Source of the DNA: an uncultured Candidatus Rokubacteria bacterium
GTDB taxonomy: Bacteria > Methylomirabilota > Methylomirabilia > Rokubacteriales > DASRDR01
NCBI GenBank assembly: GCA_963708025.1
Contig: CAVPSB010000025.1
Coordinates: 160,001-224,000, forward strand
Length of the DNA stretch: 64,000 nucleotides
Direction: 5' to 3'
Of this stretch, positions 37,766-47,482 are shown in pieces (positions within the stretch are counted from its first letter, which is position 1; every line of letters starts with the position of its first letter). The position numbers were made by a program, and so were the translations under genes. The notes under the pieces are model-generated. The model was not told where the DNA came from, ran no database searches, and was given only the letters and a program-made list of their open reading frames with translations.

Positions 37766-37852
37766 TCATTCTTCTTCCACGGAGAGCGCCACCCCCGCCA
37801 ACATGGGGCGGCGGAGATCACGGGCTTCCTGACGTCGCTGGCCGTCGATGGC
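37766..37852 (+). pseudogene. intI: Integron integrase (IntI) N-terminal remnant
   Basis: Translates FFFHGERHP(RQH/ANM)GAAEITGFLTSLAVDG, matching the recalled IntI pattern FHGKRHP.EMG..EI..FL..LAV. Confidence 0.7.
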
Positions 37853-38147
37853 CTGCCCTCTTCGCCGGCGACGATAACCCATCTGCCCACGCCGGGCAAT
37901 CCGCTCCTGCGGCGCTCGCACCATCAGATGGCACGAGGCGTGCCCACGGGGACGTGCCCCGTTCGCGTCTTTGCGGCAAGGGTGTGCCGTCGAGCGTGAT
38001 CACGAGGCGTGTGTGCGGCTCGGAGCGGAGCGCCCCGGTCGGGTGGCCGGGGTCGGGGGGTTGCGAGGCCTGACGGCATCGTCTCACCCGGCGACTCGCC
38101 TGGGCGCGTTGCGGCGCGGCGGGGGGGCCGCTATTCTGGGCGGCGGC

Positions 38148-39251
38148 ATGCTGGCGGCCGTGATGTTCCTGGTGAGCTTCGCGTGGTCGTCGGTCTACGT
38201 CGGGCTCCCGTTCTACATCGAGCGCATCACCCGGCTGGATCCGGCGGCGACCGTCACCTGGACCGGCTGGATCCTCGGCATCTCCTCGCTGGTCGCGGTG
38301 GTGGCGAGCCCGCTCTGGGGGCGCTACGCGGCCCACGGCGACCCGCGCACGGTGTGGGTCGTGCTGCAGGTGCTCCAGGGGATCGGCTTCCTGGCGGCGG
38401 CCTTCGCCGACTCCCTGCCCGAGCTCTTCGGCGCGCGGTTCCTCCTCGGCGCGGTGGGCGCCACCTCCACGCTGGCCTTCATGCTGGCCGGCCAGGCGCC
38501 CGACCCCGCCGAGCGCCGCCGGAAGCTCGCGCTGATCCAGTCGGCCAACACGGCCGGCCAGGTCGTCGCCCCCCTGGTCGGCGCCGTCGCCGCCACCCGG
38601 CTCGGGTTCCGGCTGTCCTTCGCCCTCGGCGGGCTGCTCCTGGCCGTCTGCGCGGCGCTCGTCCAGTGGGGCGTGCCGCCGGGGCGGCCCATGGATCCCA
38701 CGGTCGCCGCCCGCCGCCGGCGGGCCCCCACGCGGCTGGTCGTGCTGATGTCCGCCGTGGTCCTGGTAGGGGCTGCCCAGGAGGCGTTCCTGGCGGCGAT
38801 CCTGCCGCGCGTCCTGCCCGGACTCGGCGTCCACCCCGAGCGCCTCGTGGAGAGCGCCGGCGTGCTGGTCTTCGTCTCGGGGGCCGCCGCCGCGATCGGC
38901 GGGCTGGCCGCGCCGCGACTGGCGGCCGAGGTGCCGTCACGCCGCCTCCTGCCGCTGCTCCTGGCCGGCTCCTCGGTGACGCTGGTCGCGTTCGCGGCCG
39001 CCGGCTCGCTCTGGCTCTACACGGTGCTGCGCGTCGTGCAGGCGCTCTGCATCGCCCCCCTCTTCCCCCTGGTGGTCGCCCGGATGAGCCGCCACGGGGA
39101 GGCGATCGGCATCCTCAACTCCGCCCGCGCCGGCGGGAACTTCATGGGACCCGTGGTGGCGACCATGGTCCTGGGCTGGGGGTCGCCGTGGATCGTCTAC
39201 CTGCTGCTGGGGGTGGCGGGGCTGGCCATGGCGCCCTGGAGCCGTCGCTGA
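38148..39251 (+). CDS. MFS transporter (DHA1-like)
   Basis: WTGWILGISSL, ASPLWGR, ARFLLG, GQVVAPLVG; many hydrophobic helices. Confidence 0.85.
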   Translation: MLAAVMFLVSFAWSSVYVGLPFYIERITRLDPAATVTWTGWILGISSLVAVVASPLWGRYAAHGDPRTVWVVLQVLQGIGFLAAAFADSLPELFGARFLLGAVGATSTLAFMLAGQAPDPAERRRKLALIQSANTAGQVVAPLVGAVAATRLGFRLSFALGGLLLAVCAALVQWGVPPGRPMDPTVAARRRRAPTRLVVLMSAVVLVGAAQEAFLAAILPRVLPGLGVHPERLVESAGVLVFVSGAAAAIGGLAAPRLAAEVPSRRLLPLLLAGSSVTLVAFAAAGSLWLYTVLRVVQALCIAPLFPLVVARMSRHGEAIGILNSARAGGNFMGPVVATMVLGWGSPWIVYLLLGVAGLAMAPWSRR

Positions 39252-39293
39252 CCGAGTCCCCTCTCCCCGCGACCGCCTCTCCCCGCGACCGCC

Positions 39294-39323
39294 TTGACAC
39301 CCGGCCGCGCGGCAACCTAGAGT
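39294..39323 (+). promoter_or_regulatory. Candidate sigma70 promoter of the peptide ABC operon
   Basis: TTGACA-18 nt-TAGAGT. Confidence 0.55.
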
Positions 39324-39379
39324 CCCTTCCGGAGACACTGACAACCGTCCCTGGCCCGCCGCGCTCCGAGGAGGACACC

Positions 39380-40930
39380 ATGCGCGAATCCATCCGCTCC
39401 ACGATGAGCCGCCGCCGGTTCCTCTCGATCGCCGCCGCCACCGCCGCCTCCGCGCGCCTGGCGGCCGCCCAGCCGCGCCGCACCGGCGGCACGTTCATCT
39501 CGGCCAAGACGACCGAGGCCCCGAGCCTCGACCCGATCCTCGAGCAGGCCCTCTCGCGCCACCGCCTGGACCCGCTCTTCTACAACCGCCTCGTCGAGTG
39601 GGGGGCCGACGGCAAGCTCGAGCCGTCCCTGGCCGAGTCCTGGACCACGAGCCCGGACGGCAAGACCTGGACCTTCAAGCTCCGCCGCGGGGTGAAGTTC
39701 CACAACGGCCGGGAGTTCGTCGCCGACGACGTGAAGTACACCTACGAGCGCGTCCTCGACCCCAAGATCGGCTCCGGCGGCCGCGGCTACCTCACCGCGA
39801 TCGACGGCATCGAGGCGCCCGACAAGTCCACGGTGCGGCTCCACACGCTCCAGCCGAGCGCCTCGCTGCTGGCCGGGCTGGCCGGCAACTGGCAGTCCAT
39901 CGTGCCCCGCGAGGAGATCGAGAAGCGGGGCGACCTCCGCCGCGCCGCGGTCGGCACCGGGCCGTTCATCCTCCAGGAGTGGGTGCCCCAGAGCCACCTC
40001 AAGGCGCGCAAGAACCCGGACTACTGGGACAAGGGCAAGCCCTACGTTGACGCGATCGAGATCAAGATCATCCCCGACGAGGGGAACATCATCGCCCAGC
40101 TCCGCACCGGGAACGTCCACCACGCGCTGCTCGAGGACAACAAGAACTACCTGCTCGTGAAGGACGACAAGCGGCTGACGGCCCTCCGCTCGCCGCGCCT
40201 GGGCTTCGACATGGTCAACATCAACCACGGGCGGAAGCCGTTCGATGACGTGCGCGTGCGCCAGGCTCTCGCGCTGGCGGTGGATCGCAACGAGGTCCTC
40301 CAGGCTGCCGCGTCAGGGCTCGGCTCGGTCACCGGGCCGCTCACCCCGGCCATGAAGCCGTGGGCGCTCCCGGTGGAGGCGTTCAAGGAGTGGTACACGC
40401 CCAACCCCGAGCGGGCGAAGAAGCTCCTGGCCGACGCCGGCTTCCACAACGGCCTCAAGACCACGCTCAAGGTGATCCCGACGTTCCCGACGATGGTCGC
40501 CGGGGCCCAGGTGATCGCGGCCCAGCTCAAGAAGATCGGGGTGGAGGCCCAGATCATCCAGGAGGAGTACGGGGTCTGGATCAAGAACATCATCAAGCCG
40601 AACTTCAACTTCGACCTCACCATGAACATCACCAACGGGGAGCCCGACCCCGACTCGCTCTGCTACCGGCGGTTCCACTCGGTGGAGAAGCAGTGGAACA
40701 ACGACGGGGACCCCGAGATCGACGCGCTCCTCGACCAGGGGAAGCTCAGCATCGACCAGGCCAAGCGCAAGGAAGTCTACGACCGCATGCAGCGGCTCAT
40801 GGTCGAGAAGGCGATCATGATCTGGACCTTCTCGCCGGACATGATCGACGTCACCCAGAGCTACGTCCACTACCAGCAGCACTTCACCACGGCCTACTAC
40901 GGCTTCCGCACGGTCTGGCTGGAGAAGTAG
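39380..40930 (+). CDS. Peptide/nickel ABC substrate-binding protein (family 5), Tat signal
   Basis: SRRRFL, LAESW, FKLRRGVKFHNG, GTGPF, NPDYW, VRQALALAVDR. Confidence 0.92.
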   Translation: MRESIRSTMSRRRFLSIAAATAASARLAAAQPRRTGGTFISAKTTEAPSLDPILEQALSRHRLDPLFYNRLVEWGADGKLEPSLAESWTTSPDGKTWTFKLRRGVKFHNGREFVADDVKYTYERVLDPKIGSGGRGYLTAIDGIEAPDKSTVRLHTLQPSASLLAGLAGNWQSIVPREEIEKRGDLRRAAVGTGPFILQEWVPQSHLKARKNPDYWDKGKPYVDAIEIKIIPDEGNIIAQLRTGNVHHALLEDNKNYLLVKDDKRLTALRSPRLGFDMVNINHGRKPFDDVRVRQALALAVDRNEVLQAAASGLGSVTGPLTPAMKPWALPVEAFKEWYTPNPERAKKLLADAGFHNGLKTTLKVIPTFPTMVAGAQVIAAQLKKIGVEAQIIQEEYGVWIKNIIKPNFNFDLTMNITNGEPDPDSLCYRRFHSVEKQWNNDGDPEIDALLDQGKLSIDQAKRKEVYDRMQRLMVEKAIMIWTFSPDMIDVTQSYVHYQQHFTTAYYGFRTVWLEK

Positions 40931-40984
40931 GCTCCTCTCTCCCGCCGGCCCCACCCTCTCCCTCCCTCGGGAGGGAGAGGGAGC
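40931..40984. repeat. Family B REP-like palindrome, copy 1
   Basis: CCCTCTCCCTCCC-TC-GGGAGGGAGAGGG hairpin. Confidence 0.7.
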
Positions 40985-41005
40985 GGATAGCTGCCCGGAG
41001 CCTCC

Positions 41006-41957
41006 ATGCGCCGGTACGTCCTGATCCGCGTGCTCTCGCTCGTGCCCACCCTCCTGGGCGTGAGCGTGGCCGTCTTCCTCCTGATCCGCCTGATCCCGGG
41101 CACCGTCGTCGACCAGATGATCGGGACCGAGGGGTCCTACAGCGAGGAGACGGTGCGGGCGCTCCGGGCGTTCTTCGGCCTGGACGTCCCGGTCCACGTC
41201 CAGTACCTCCGCTGGATGGGCGGGGTGCTCCGGGGCGACCTCGGGACGAGCTGGCGGACGGGGCTCCCGGTGCTCCAGATGATCCTGAGCCGCCTCCAGG
41301 TGACCGTCGAGCTGACCCTGGCCGCCATGCTGGTCGCGCTCGCGGTCGGGGTGCCCCTCGGCATGCTCTCGGCCCGGCGCGAGAACACCGCCCTCGACCA
41401 CGTGGTCCGGGTGGTCAGCCTCTTCAGCCTCTCCATCCCGGTCTTCTGGCAGGCCGCCATGCTGATCCTGGCCGTCTCGCTCTGGCTCAACTGGGCCCCG
41501 GCGGTGGACTTCGTCCCCCCGTGGACCGACCCGCTGCGCAACCTCGGCATCATGGCCTTGCCGGCCCTCGCCCTCGGCACCGCGGTGGCCGCGGTCTTCA
41601 TGCGGATGACGCGCTCCTCGCTGCTGGAGGTCATGCGCCAGGACTACATCCGGACGGCGCGGTCCAAGGGGCTGCCCGAGCGAGGGCATCGTGTGGAGCC
41701 ACGCGCTCAAGAACAGCCTGATCCCGCTCATCACGGTGGCCGGCGTCCAGGTCGGCTACCTCCTGGGCGGCGTCGTCGTCACCGAGGAGGTGTTCACGCT
41801 GCCGGGCGTCGGGCGGCTCCTCCTGTGGGGCGTCTTCCAGCGCGACTACCCGCTGGTCCAGGGGACTATCCTGTTCATCAGCGCGCTCTTCATGCTCTCG
41901 AACCTGCTCGTCGACCTCGTCTACGCCTGGGTCGACCCGCGGATCCGCTATGCCTGA
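41006..41957 (+). CDS. Peptide ABC permease (DppB-like), frameshift near 41685
   Basis: GDLGTSW, DYIRTARSKGL, then HALKNSLIP, TEEVFTLPGVG, VDPRIR in the shifted frame. Confidence 0.88.
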
Positions 41958-42804
41958 CCGGGCGGCGGACTGGCGGCGGAGCCTCCGCCCCGCGCTGCGG
42001 AACCGCCTCGTGCTCTTCGGCATCGGGATCGTCGCCGGCCTGGTGCTGCTGGCGGCGCTCGCGGATGCCGTTGCCCCCTACGACCCGACCGAGATGAAGG
42101 TGGCCGACGCCCTGAAGGGACCGTCGGCCGCGCACCCGTTCGGGACCGACCGCTTCGGCCGTGACGTGCTCAGCCGGACGATCCACGGGAGCCGGATCGC
42201 CCTCGGGGTGGCAGTCTCCAGCATCGCCATCGCCTTCGTCGTCGGCACGACGCTGGGGCTGGTCGGCGGCTACGTCGGCGGGTGGCCGGACCTGGCGATC
42301 GGCCGGCTCATGGACATGCTCTTCAGCTTCCCCACGCTCATCCTGGCCATCGCCATCGCCGCCATGCTCGGGCCCGGCCTGAACAACGCGGTGCTGGCGA
42401 TCGCCGTCGTCTACGCCCCGCTCTTCAGCCGGGTGGCGCGAGGCCCGGTCATCGCCGAGCGGGCCAAGGAGCACGTGCTGGCCGCCCTCGGCCTCGGTGC
42501 CGGCGCCCCGCGCGTCGTCATCCGCCACATCCTGCCCAACGTGCTGGCGCCCCTCATCGTCCAGGCCTCGGTGAGCCTGGCCTTCGCGATCCTGACCGAG
42601 GCCTCGCTCAGCTACCTGGGGCTCGGCACCCAGCCGCCCGACCCCTCGTGGGGCACGATGCTCAACGAGGGCCGGACCTACCTGGAGACCGCGCCGTGGA
42701 TGAGCGTCTTCCCGGGGATCGCCATCATGCTGGCGGTTCTCGGCTTCAACCTGCTCGGCGACGGCCTGCGCGCCATCCTCGACCCCCAGCTCCGCGGCCG
42801 CTGA
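41950..42804 (+). CDS. Peptide ABC permease (DppC-like)
   Basis: HPFGTDRFGRD, RHILPN, EASLSYLGLG, FNLLGDGLR. Confidence 0.93.
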   Translation: MPDRAADWRRSLRPALRNRLVLFGIGIVAGLVLLAALADAVAPYDPTEMKVADALKGPSAAHPFGTDRFGRDVLSRTIHGSRIALGVAVSSIAIAFVVGTTLGLVGGYVGGWPDLAIGRLMDMLFSFPTLILAIAIAAMLGPGLNNAVLAIAVVYAPLFSRVARGPVIAERAKEHVLAALGLGAGAPRVVIRHILPNVLAPLIVQASVSLAFAILTEASLSYLGLGTQPPDPSWGTMLNEGRTYLETAPWMSVFPGIAIMLAVLGFNLLGDGLRAILDPQLRGR

Positions 42805-42844
42805 CGCCGCCCTCCGGGGCGTCGCTCCAGTGCGACCGCCCTAG

Positions 42845-42931
42845 CCCCCTTCCGCTCCCTCTCCCTTCCAGGGAGAGGGTCGGGGTGAGGGTCGATAGGG
42901 GCGCGTGGCTCCCCCTTACCCTGACCCTCAC
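42845..42931. repeat. Family B REP-like composite, copy 2
   Basis: CCGCTCCCTCTCCCTTCCAGGGAGAGGGTCGGGGTGAGGGTCGAT...; reverse-complement match to the 57314-57431 copy. Confidence 0.8.
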
Positions 42932-43158
42932 GAGCGTCCCCTGACCCGCGCGGCGCGGATGGCGGACCCGGCTACGGGCTTGATGGATCGCCGGAGCCGA
43001 AGGAGTCGCTCGATCGCCCGCCGCCGATTCTGGCGGCGACGGTCCTCGACTGCCTGGCTCATGAGCCGAGCGACGATCGCACTCTTGTTCGTCCCGGCGA
43101 AGACCCGATCGAAGGTCTTCTTGACGTCATCAGGCACGCTGAAGCTCACCGTCGCCAC
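42928..43158 (-). CDS. Ribbon-helix-helix antitoxin-like protein
   Basis: ATVSFSVPDDVK...NKSAIVARLM...AIRAARVRGR; SD GGAGGT. Confidence 0.65.
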   Translation of the reverse strand: MATVSFSVPDDVKKTFDRVFAGTNKSAIVARLMSQAVEDRRRQNRRRAIERLLRLRRSIKPVAGSAIRAARVRGRS

Positions 43159-43316
43159 GGCAGACCTCCATCGCTGAAATCGTCAGCAACGCCCACTCTG
43201 CTGGCTTCATGCGTCGCTGTCAATCATTCCGCATCCCGAGGAGTCGGGCGAAGAGGCGAGCATGAGGGCCGGCCCTGCTATCATCACGCCAGGATTCTCT
43301 GCGGGAGGTGACTGTT

Positions 43317-43607
43317 GTGCCTCAGATCCTCGTGCGAGGACTCGACGAGAAGACCGTGAGGCGCCTGAAGGCGCGGGCCCGGACGAGCGGACGGTCGCTG
43401 CAGCAAGAGATCAAGGACATACTCGAGCGCGCGGCCACCACGCCCACGATGGTGGAGGCGAGACGGCTGGCCGACACGTGGCGCCGGCGCCTGGCCGGCC
43501 GGTCGTTCTCGGACAGCACCAGGATGATCCGGGACGATCGAGGGTCTCTCAGCGGCTCGAATAATAGATCAGGCTACGGGCCGAAGAGGCGGACGGTCCA
43601 GAGGTAG
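43317..43607 (+). CDS. FitA/Arc-like RHH antitoxin (3' end uncertain)
   Basis: QILVRGLDEKTVRRLKARARTSGRSLQQEIKDIL, DSTRMIRDDR; SD GGGAGGTGA. Confidence 0.75.
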   Translation: MPQILVRGLDEKTVRRLKARARTSGRSLQQEIKDILERAATTPTMVEARRLADTWRRRLAGRSFSDSTRMIRDDRGSLSGSNNRSGYGPKRRTVQR

Positions 43608-44851
43608 GTCTCGGGGAGATAGGTCACGACGCCGAGGACGAGGAGGAGGAGCGGCAGGAAGCGGAAGACCTGTCCGAAGATCGCCTCGGGTGGGATGTTC
43701 GTCATCGAGGAGACGAAGAAGACGAGCTGGCCGAACGGCGGCGTGATCGCCCCCAGGACGACGTTCATCACCACGACCATCCCGAAGTGGATCGGGTCGA
43801 TGCCGAGCCGGGCGGCGATCGAGGCCAGGATGGGCGTGACCAGGATCAGCAGGGTGACCCCCTCCATGAGGGCGCCGCCCAGCAGCAGGAACAGGTTGAC
43901 CACCAGCAGGAAGACCGGCGCGCTGTTGCCGAAGGAGGCGAAGAAGGCCGCGACCTGCTGCGGGATCTGGTTGTAGGCGAGCACCCACGAGACGGGCGCC
44001 GACAGGCTCACGATCAGCATGATGGCGCCGCTGTCGACCGCGGTCTTGGCCAGGATCCCGGGCAGGTCCCCGAGCCGCATCTCCCGGTAGACCAGGGTGC
44101 CGAGGACGAACGTGATGAGCACCGCGACGGCGCCGGCCTCGGTCGCCGTGAAATAGCCGAAGCGGATCCCGCCGACGACGATCACCGGGAGCGTCAGGGC
44201 GAAGCCGGATCGCCGGAAGGCGGCCGCGATCTCGCGCCACGACGCCCGGGGCGAGCCTGCCCCGTATCCCATCCGCCGACAGACCCGGTGGACCGTGATC
44301 GACATCGCGAGGGCCATCATCAGGCCGGGCACGATGCCGGCCACGAAGAGCTTCCCGACCGAGGTGTTCGCCATGGAGGCGTAGATCAGCATCGCGATCG
44401 AAGGGGGAATGATGTTCGACAGCATCCCCGAGACCGCGGTGATCGCCGCCGAGAAGGGGGCGGGGTAACCCTGGGCCCGCATCTGCGGGATGGTGACCTT
44501 GCAGTCGATGGCGGCGTCGGCGGCCGACGAGCCCTGGATGCCCCCGACCAGCACGCTCAGGGCCACGTTGACCTGGGCCAGGCCGCCGGTCAGGTGCCCG
44601 ACGAGCACCCGGGCGAGATCGAACAGGCGCTGGGCGATCCCGCCCGAGGTCATCAGCGAGCCGGCCAGCATGAACAGGGGGATGGCCAGCAGGACGAAGT
44701 TGTCGCTGGCGCTCGCCGTCTTGGCGGCCACCACCGCCAGCGGGACGTCGTGGGTCCAGACCACCCCGATGACCCCGGTGAGGGCGAGGCACACGACGAT
44801 CGGGAGCCCGAGCAGGATGAGCGCCACGAACATGATCCCGATCACGGTCAT
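43574..44851 (-). CDS. dctM: TRAP transporter large permease
   Basis: LLAIPLFMLAG, GSSAADAA, IIPPSI, FTATEAG, ITPPFG. Confidence 0.93.
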   Translation of the reverse strand: MTVIGIMFVALILLGLPIVVCLALTGVIGVVWTHDVPLAVVAAKTASASDNFVLLAIPLFMLAGSLMTSGGIAQRLFDLARVLVGHLTGGLAQVNVALSVLVGGIQGSSAADAAIDCKVTIPQMRAQGYPAPFSAAITAVSGMLSNIIPPSIAMLIYASMANTSVGKLFVAGIVPGLMMALAMSITVHRVCRRMGYGAGSPRASWREIAAAFRRSGFALTLPVIVVGGIRFGYFTATEAGAVAVLITFVLGTLVYREMRLGDLPGILAKTAVDSGAIMLIVSLSAPVSWVLAYNQIPQQVAAFFASFGNSAPVFLLVVNLFLLLGGALMEGVTLLILVTPILASIAARLGIDPIHFGMVVVMNVVLGAITPPFGQLVFFVSSMTNIPPEAIFGQVFRFLPLLLLVLGVVTYLPETYLWTVRLFGP

Positions 44852-44863
44852 CGCGGGCGCTCC

Positions 44864-45430
44864 CTACGTGGCCGGACCGGACGCGCGGCCCCGCGCCCGC
44901 CGGAAGCCGCGCACGGCGTAGACGATCATGAGGGCCCCGCTGGCGGGGACGATGGTGCTGAAGTACCCGGCGGGGATCTGGAGCGTCGGGAGCTCGCGGC
45001 GCATCGAGATCTCGACCACGGGCACGCCCAGGACGAGCAGGAGGACGCCCATCACGATGGGCGACAGGCGGATCGCCCGGTCCCAGACGACCCCGGCCGT
45101 TCCGCGACGCGCCAGCCAGTCGCTCGCGGTGCTCATCCGCACGTGGGCGTCGTACTTGACGCCGATGGCGCCGCCCAGGAAGACGACCCACAGGAACAGC
45201 ACCTTGACCACGTCCTCCACCCACAGGACCCGGTACCAGTCCGTGTACCGGGACAGGACGTTCGCCCCCACCAGCACCGGAAGGAGCCCGGTGCAGGCGA
45301 GGGCGACGATCTCGGGGACGATGGTCCACCAGCGCCGCCAGTCGAGCGGGATCCGGAAGATGTCCAGCTCGGGCGCCTCGGGGCCCGGCGGCGGTCCGCC
45401 GGGCCCGCTCGAGGGATCGGTCTCGACCAT
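44864..45430 (-). CDS. dctQ: TRAP transporter small permease
   Basis: WVEDVVKVLFLWVVFLG, HVRM; between dctP and dctM. Confidence 0.85.
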   Translation of the reverse strand: MVETDPSSGPGGPPPGPEAPELDIFRIPLDWRRWWTIVPEIVALACTGLLPVLVGANVLSRYTDWYRVLWVEDVVKVLFLWVVFLGGAIGVKYDAHVRMSTASDWLARRGTAGVVWDRAIRLSPIVMGVLLLVLGVPVVEISMRRELPTLQIPAGYFSTIVPASGALMIVYAVRGFRRARGRASGPAT

Positions 45431-45447
45431 GCCCTGGTCGGGGCCGT

Positions 45448-46482
45448 CTAGCGCTTCGGCGCCTCGCTGCGGATGGCGTCGATGAGCGCCTGGCCGGACT
45501 TGCCGAACCGGCCCACGTACTGGTCCCAGGCGGGCTTCATCGCGGTCCGGAAGGCGTCCCGATCGGGATCCTTCACGACCTGCATGCCGAAGTCGATCAG
45601 CTTCTTGAGCTGGGCGTCAACGTCGCCGCTGGCGGCCTTGCGCTGGGCGACCACCGAGCGGGCGACCGCGGCCTTGAGGACCTGCTGGAGATCCGGGGGC
45701 AGCTTGGCCCAGGTCTTGTCGCTGACGGAGGTGGGCGCCGCCCCGTAGACGTGCTGGGTGAGCGACAGGTACTTCTGCACCTCGTAGAGCTTGCCGGTGA
45801 GGATGATGTTGAACGGGTTCTCCTGGCCGTCGACCACGCCGGTGTTGAGCGCGTTGTAGACCTCGGTGAAGTCCAGCGCCACCGGCTGGGCCCCCACCAG
45901 CGACCACGCCATCTGGTGGACGGCGCTCGGCAGGGTCCGCAGCTTGAGGCCCTTCACGTCGGCCGGCGTCCGCACCGGCCGCTTGTTGTTGGTCAGGTTG
46001 CGGAAGCCGATCTCCCACCAGCCGAGCGGATGGAAGCCCACCCCGTCGAACAGCTTGTGGAGCTCCGCGGAGACCGGTCCGTCGAGCACGCGGTACACGT
46101 GGGCGTAGTCGTCGAAGATGTACGGCAGGTCGAGGGCGGTGGCGGCCGGCATGACGGAGCCCATGGCGCCGGTGCTCGGGCTGGCCAGGTCGATGGAGCC
46201 GAGCTGCATGCCCTCGATCATGTCCCGGTCGGTCCCGAGCTGGGCGTTGGCGAAGATCTTGATCTGCAGGCGGCCCTTGCTCAGCTCGTCGGCCGCCTGG
46301 GCCAGGGCCACCGCGCCCTTGTAGTACGCGCTGTCCTCGCTCAGGGAGGTGGCGTAGCGGAGGGTGACGGGGCTGCCCTGGGCGCTGGCATCCCGGGCCC
46401 GGTCTCCGGACCGCCCGAGACTCAGGCCTACTCCCAACGCCAGGAGCACGATGACGGGGAAACGGAACCGCAGTGGACGCAT
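45448..46482 (-). CDS. dctP: TRAP transporter substrate-binding protein
   Basis: AQLGTDRD, DLPYIF, GFRNLT, DVKGLKLR, GVVDGQENP. Confidence 0.93.
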   Translation of the reverse strand: MRPLRFRFPVIVLLALGVGLSLGRSGDRARDASAQGSPVTLRYATSLSEDSAYYKGAVALAQAADELSKGRLQIKIFANAQLGTDRDMIEGMQLGSIDLASPSTGAMGSVMPAATALDLPYIFDDYAHVYRVLDGPVSAELHKLFDGVGFHPLGWWEIGFRNLTNNKRPVRTPADVKGLKLRTLPSAVHQMAWSLVGAQPVALDFTEVYNALNTGVVDGQENPFNIILTGKLYEVQKYLSLTQHVYGAAPTSVSDKTWAKLPPDLQQVLKAAVARSVVAQRKAASGDVDAQLKKLIDFGMQVVKDPDRDAFRTAMKPAWDQYVGRFGKSGQALIDAIRSEAPKR

Positions 46483-46556
46483 ATGGCCTCCCGCTCCTCG
46501 GGCCGCCGGGCCCGGCTGGTTGAATGCGGCGCGCGGCGCCCGGGCCGCGACGCTTA

Positions 46557-46668
46557 AGGCTACGGCCGTCCCGCCCGGGCATCTGTAGCGGGCGATACCA
46601 AACGCCGGCGGCGGCCCCGCCGTTGGTATCCCCCGCTACAGACCCGCGGGCGACGGCGGCCGTAGACT
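46557..46668. promoter_or_regulatory. Two GTA-N8-TAC boxes with divergent TAN3T -10 elements (NtcA-like class II geometry)
   Basis: Boxes 46585-98 and 46626-39; minus-strand TAGCCT 22 nt from box 1; plus-strand TAGACT 23 nt from box 2. Confidence 0.65.
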
Positions 46669-46676
46669 GGCTGCCG

Positions 46677-47384
46677 TCAGGAGAGCTGGGCGCGCTCCAG
46701 GAGGCGGTCGGGCTGGCGAACGATCAGGTGCCGCTTGTCCCGGGTGACGATCCCGTCGCGGATGAGCGCGCCGATCTCGCGGGTCACCGTCACCCGCGTG
46801 ACCCCGATCATGCTGGCCAGGACCTCGTGGGAGAGGTGGAGCGCGACGCGGGTGCCGCGGCCACCGGCGACCGGCGCCCCGTAGTAAGTCGCCAGCCGGC
46901 ACAGGATGAACGCGACGCGCGCCGGGGCCTTCTTGAACATCGCCGACTCGAGCTGCAGGGCGAACAGCCGCTGCTTGCGCGTGATGCTGCGAAGGACCTC
47001 GAGGGTGACCTCCGGCTGGGCGTGCATGGCCTCGAGCATGGCCTTGCGCGGGAAGACCCGGACCGTGGACGCCTGCACGGTGACGGTGGTCGTGTGGTAG
47101 GGGAGGCCGTCGAAGCACGCGGCCTCGCCGAACAGCCCGCCGGGCTCGACGATCGCCAGCACGTGCTCGCGCCCGTCGTTGTTCCCGAGGAACAGGCGGA
47201 TGCGGCCGGAGACGAGCTGATAGAAGCGGTTGGACATCTCCCCCTGCTGGTAGATGAACGCGCCCTTGGGGTAGCTCTTGAGCGAGGCCAGGTGGCCGCA
47301 CAGCTCGGCGAGCCGGCTCTCGGCTCCCACGATCGGGGAGCTCGGGTCGCTGACGGCACGGAGATACGCGGGCTTTCGTCCCAT
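46677..47384 (-). CDS. Crp/Fnr-family transcriptional regulator
   Basis: cNMP barrel (IYQQGE, PGGLFGE); HTH LSHEVLASMIGVTRVTVTR. Confidence 0.92.
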   Translation of the reverse strand: MGRKPAYLRAVSDPSSPIVGAESRLAELCGHLASLKSYPKGAFIYQQGEMSNRFYQLVSGRIRLFLGNNDGREHVLAIVEPGGLFGEAACFDGLPYHTTTVTVQASTVRVFPRKAMLEAMHAQPEVTLEVLRSITRKQRLFALQLESAMFKKAPARVAFILCRLATYYGAPVAGGRGTRVALHLSHEVLASMIGVTRVTVTREIGALIRDGIVTRDKRHLIVRQPDRLLERAQLS

Positions 47385-47482
47385 CTCGCACCGGGCGGCG
47401 TCGCGTCGGGGCCCGCCGGCTCGGGGAAATCACTATAGCGGACGGGCGGTTCGAAGGAAAGGACGGGGGAGGCGCCGGGCAG

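Noticed and set aside
39259-39293. Short tandem duplication (CCTCTCCCCGCGACCG twice) before the peptide ABC promoter
   Set aside because: Could be an operator, but a local duplication of a family B fragment explains it equally well; no supporting evidence
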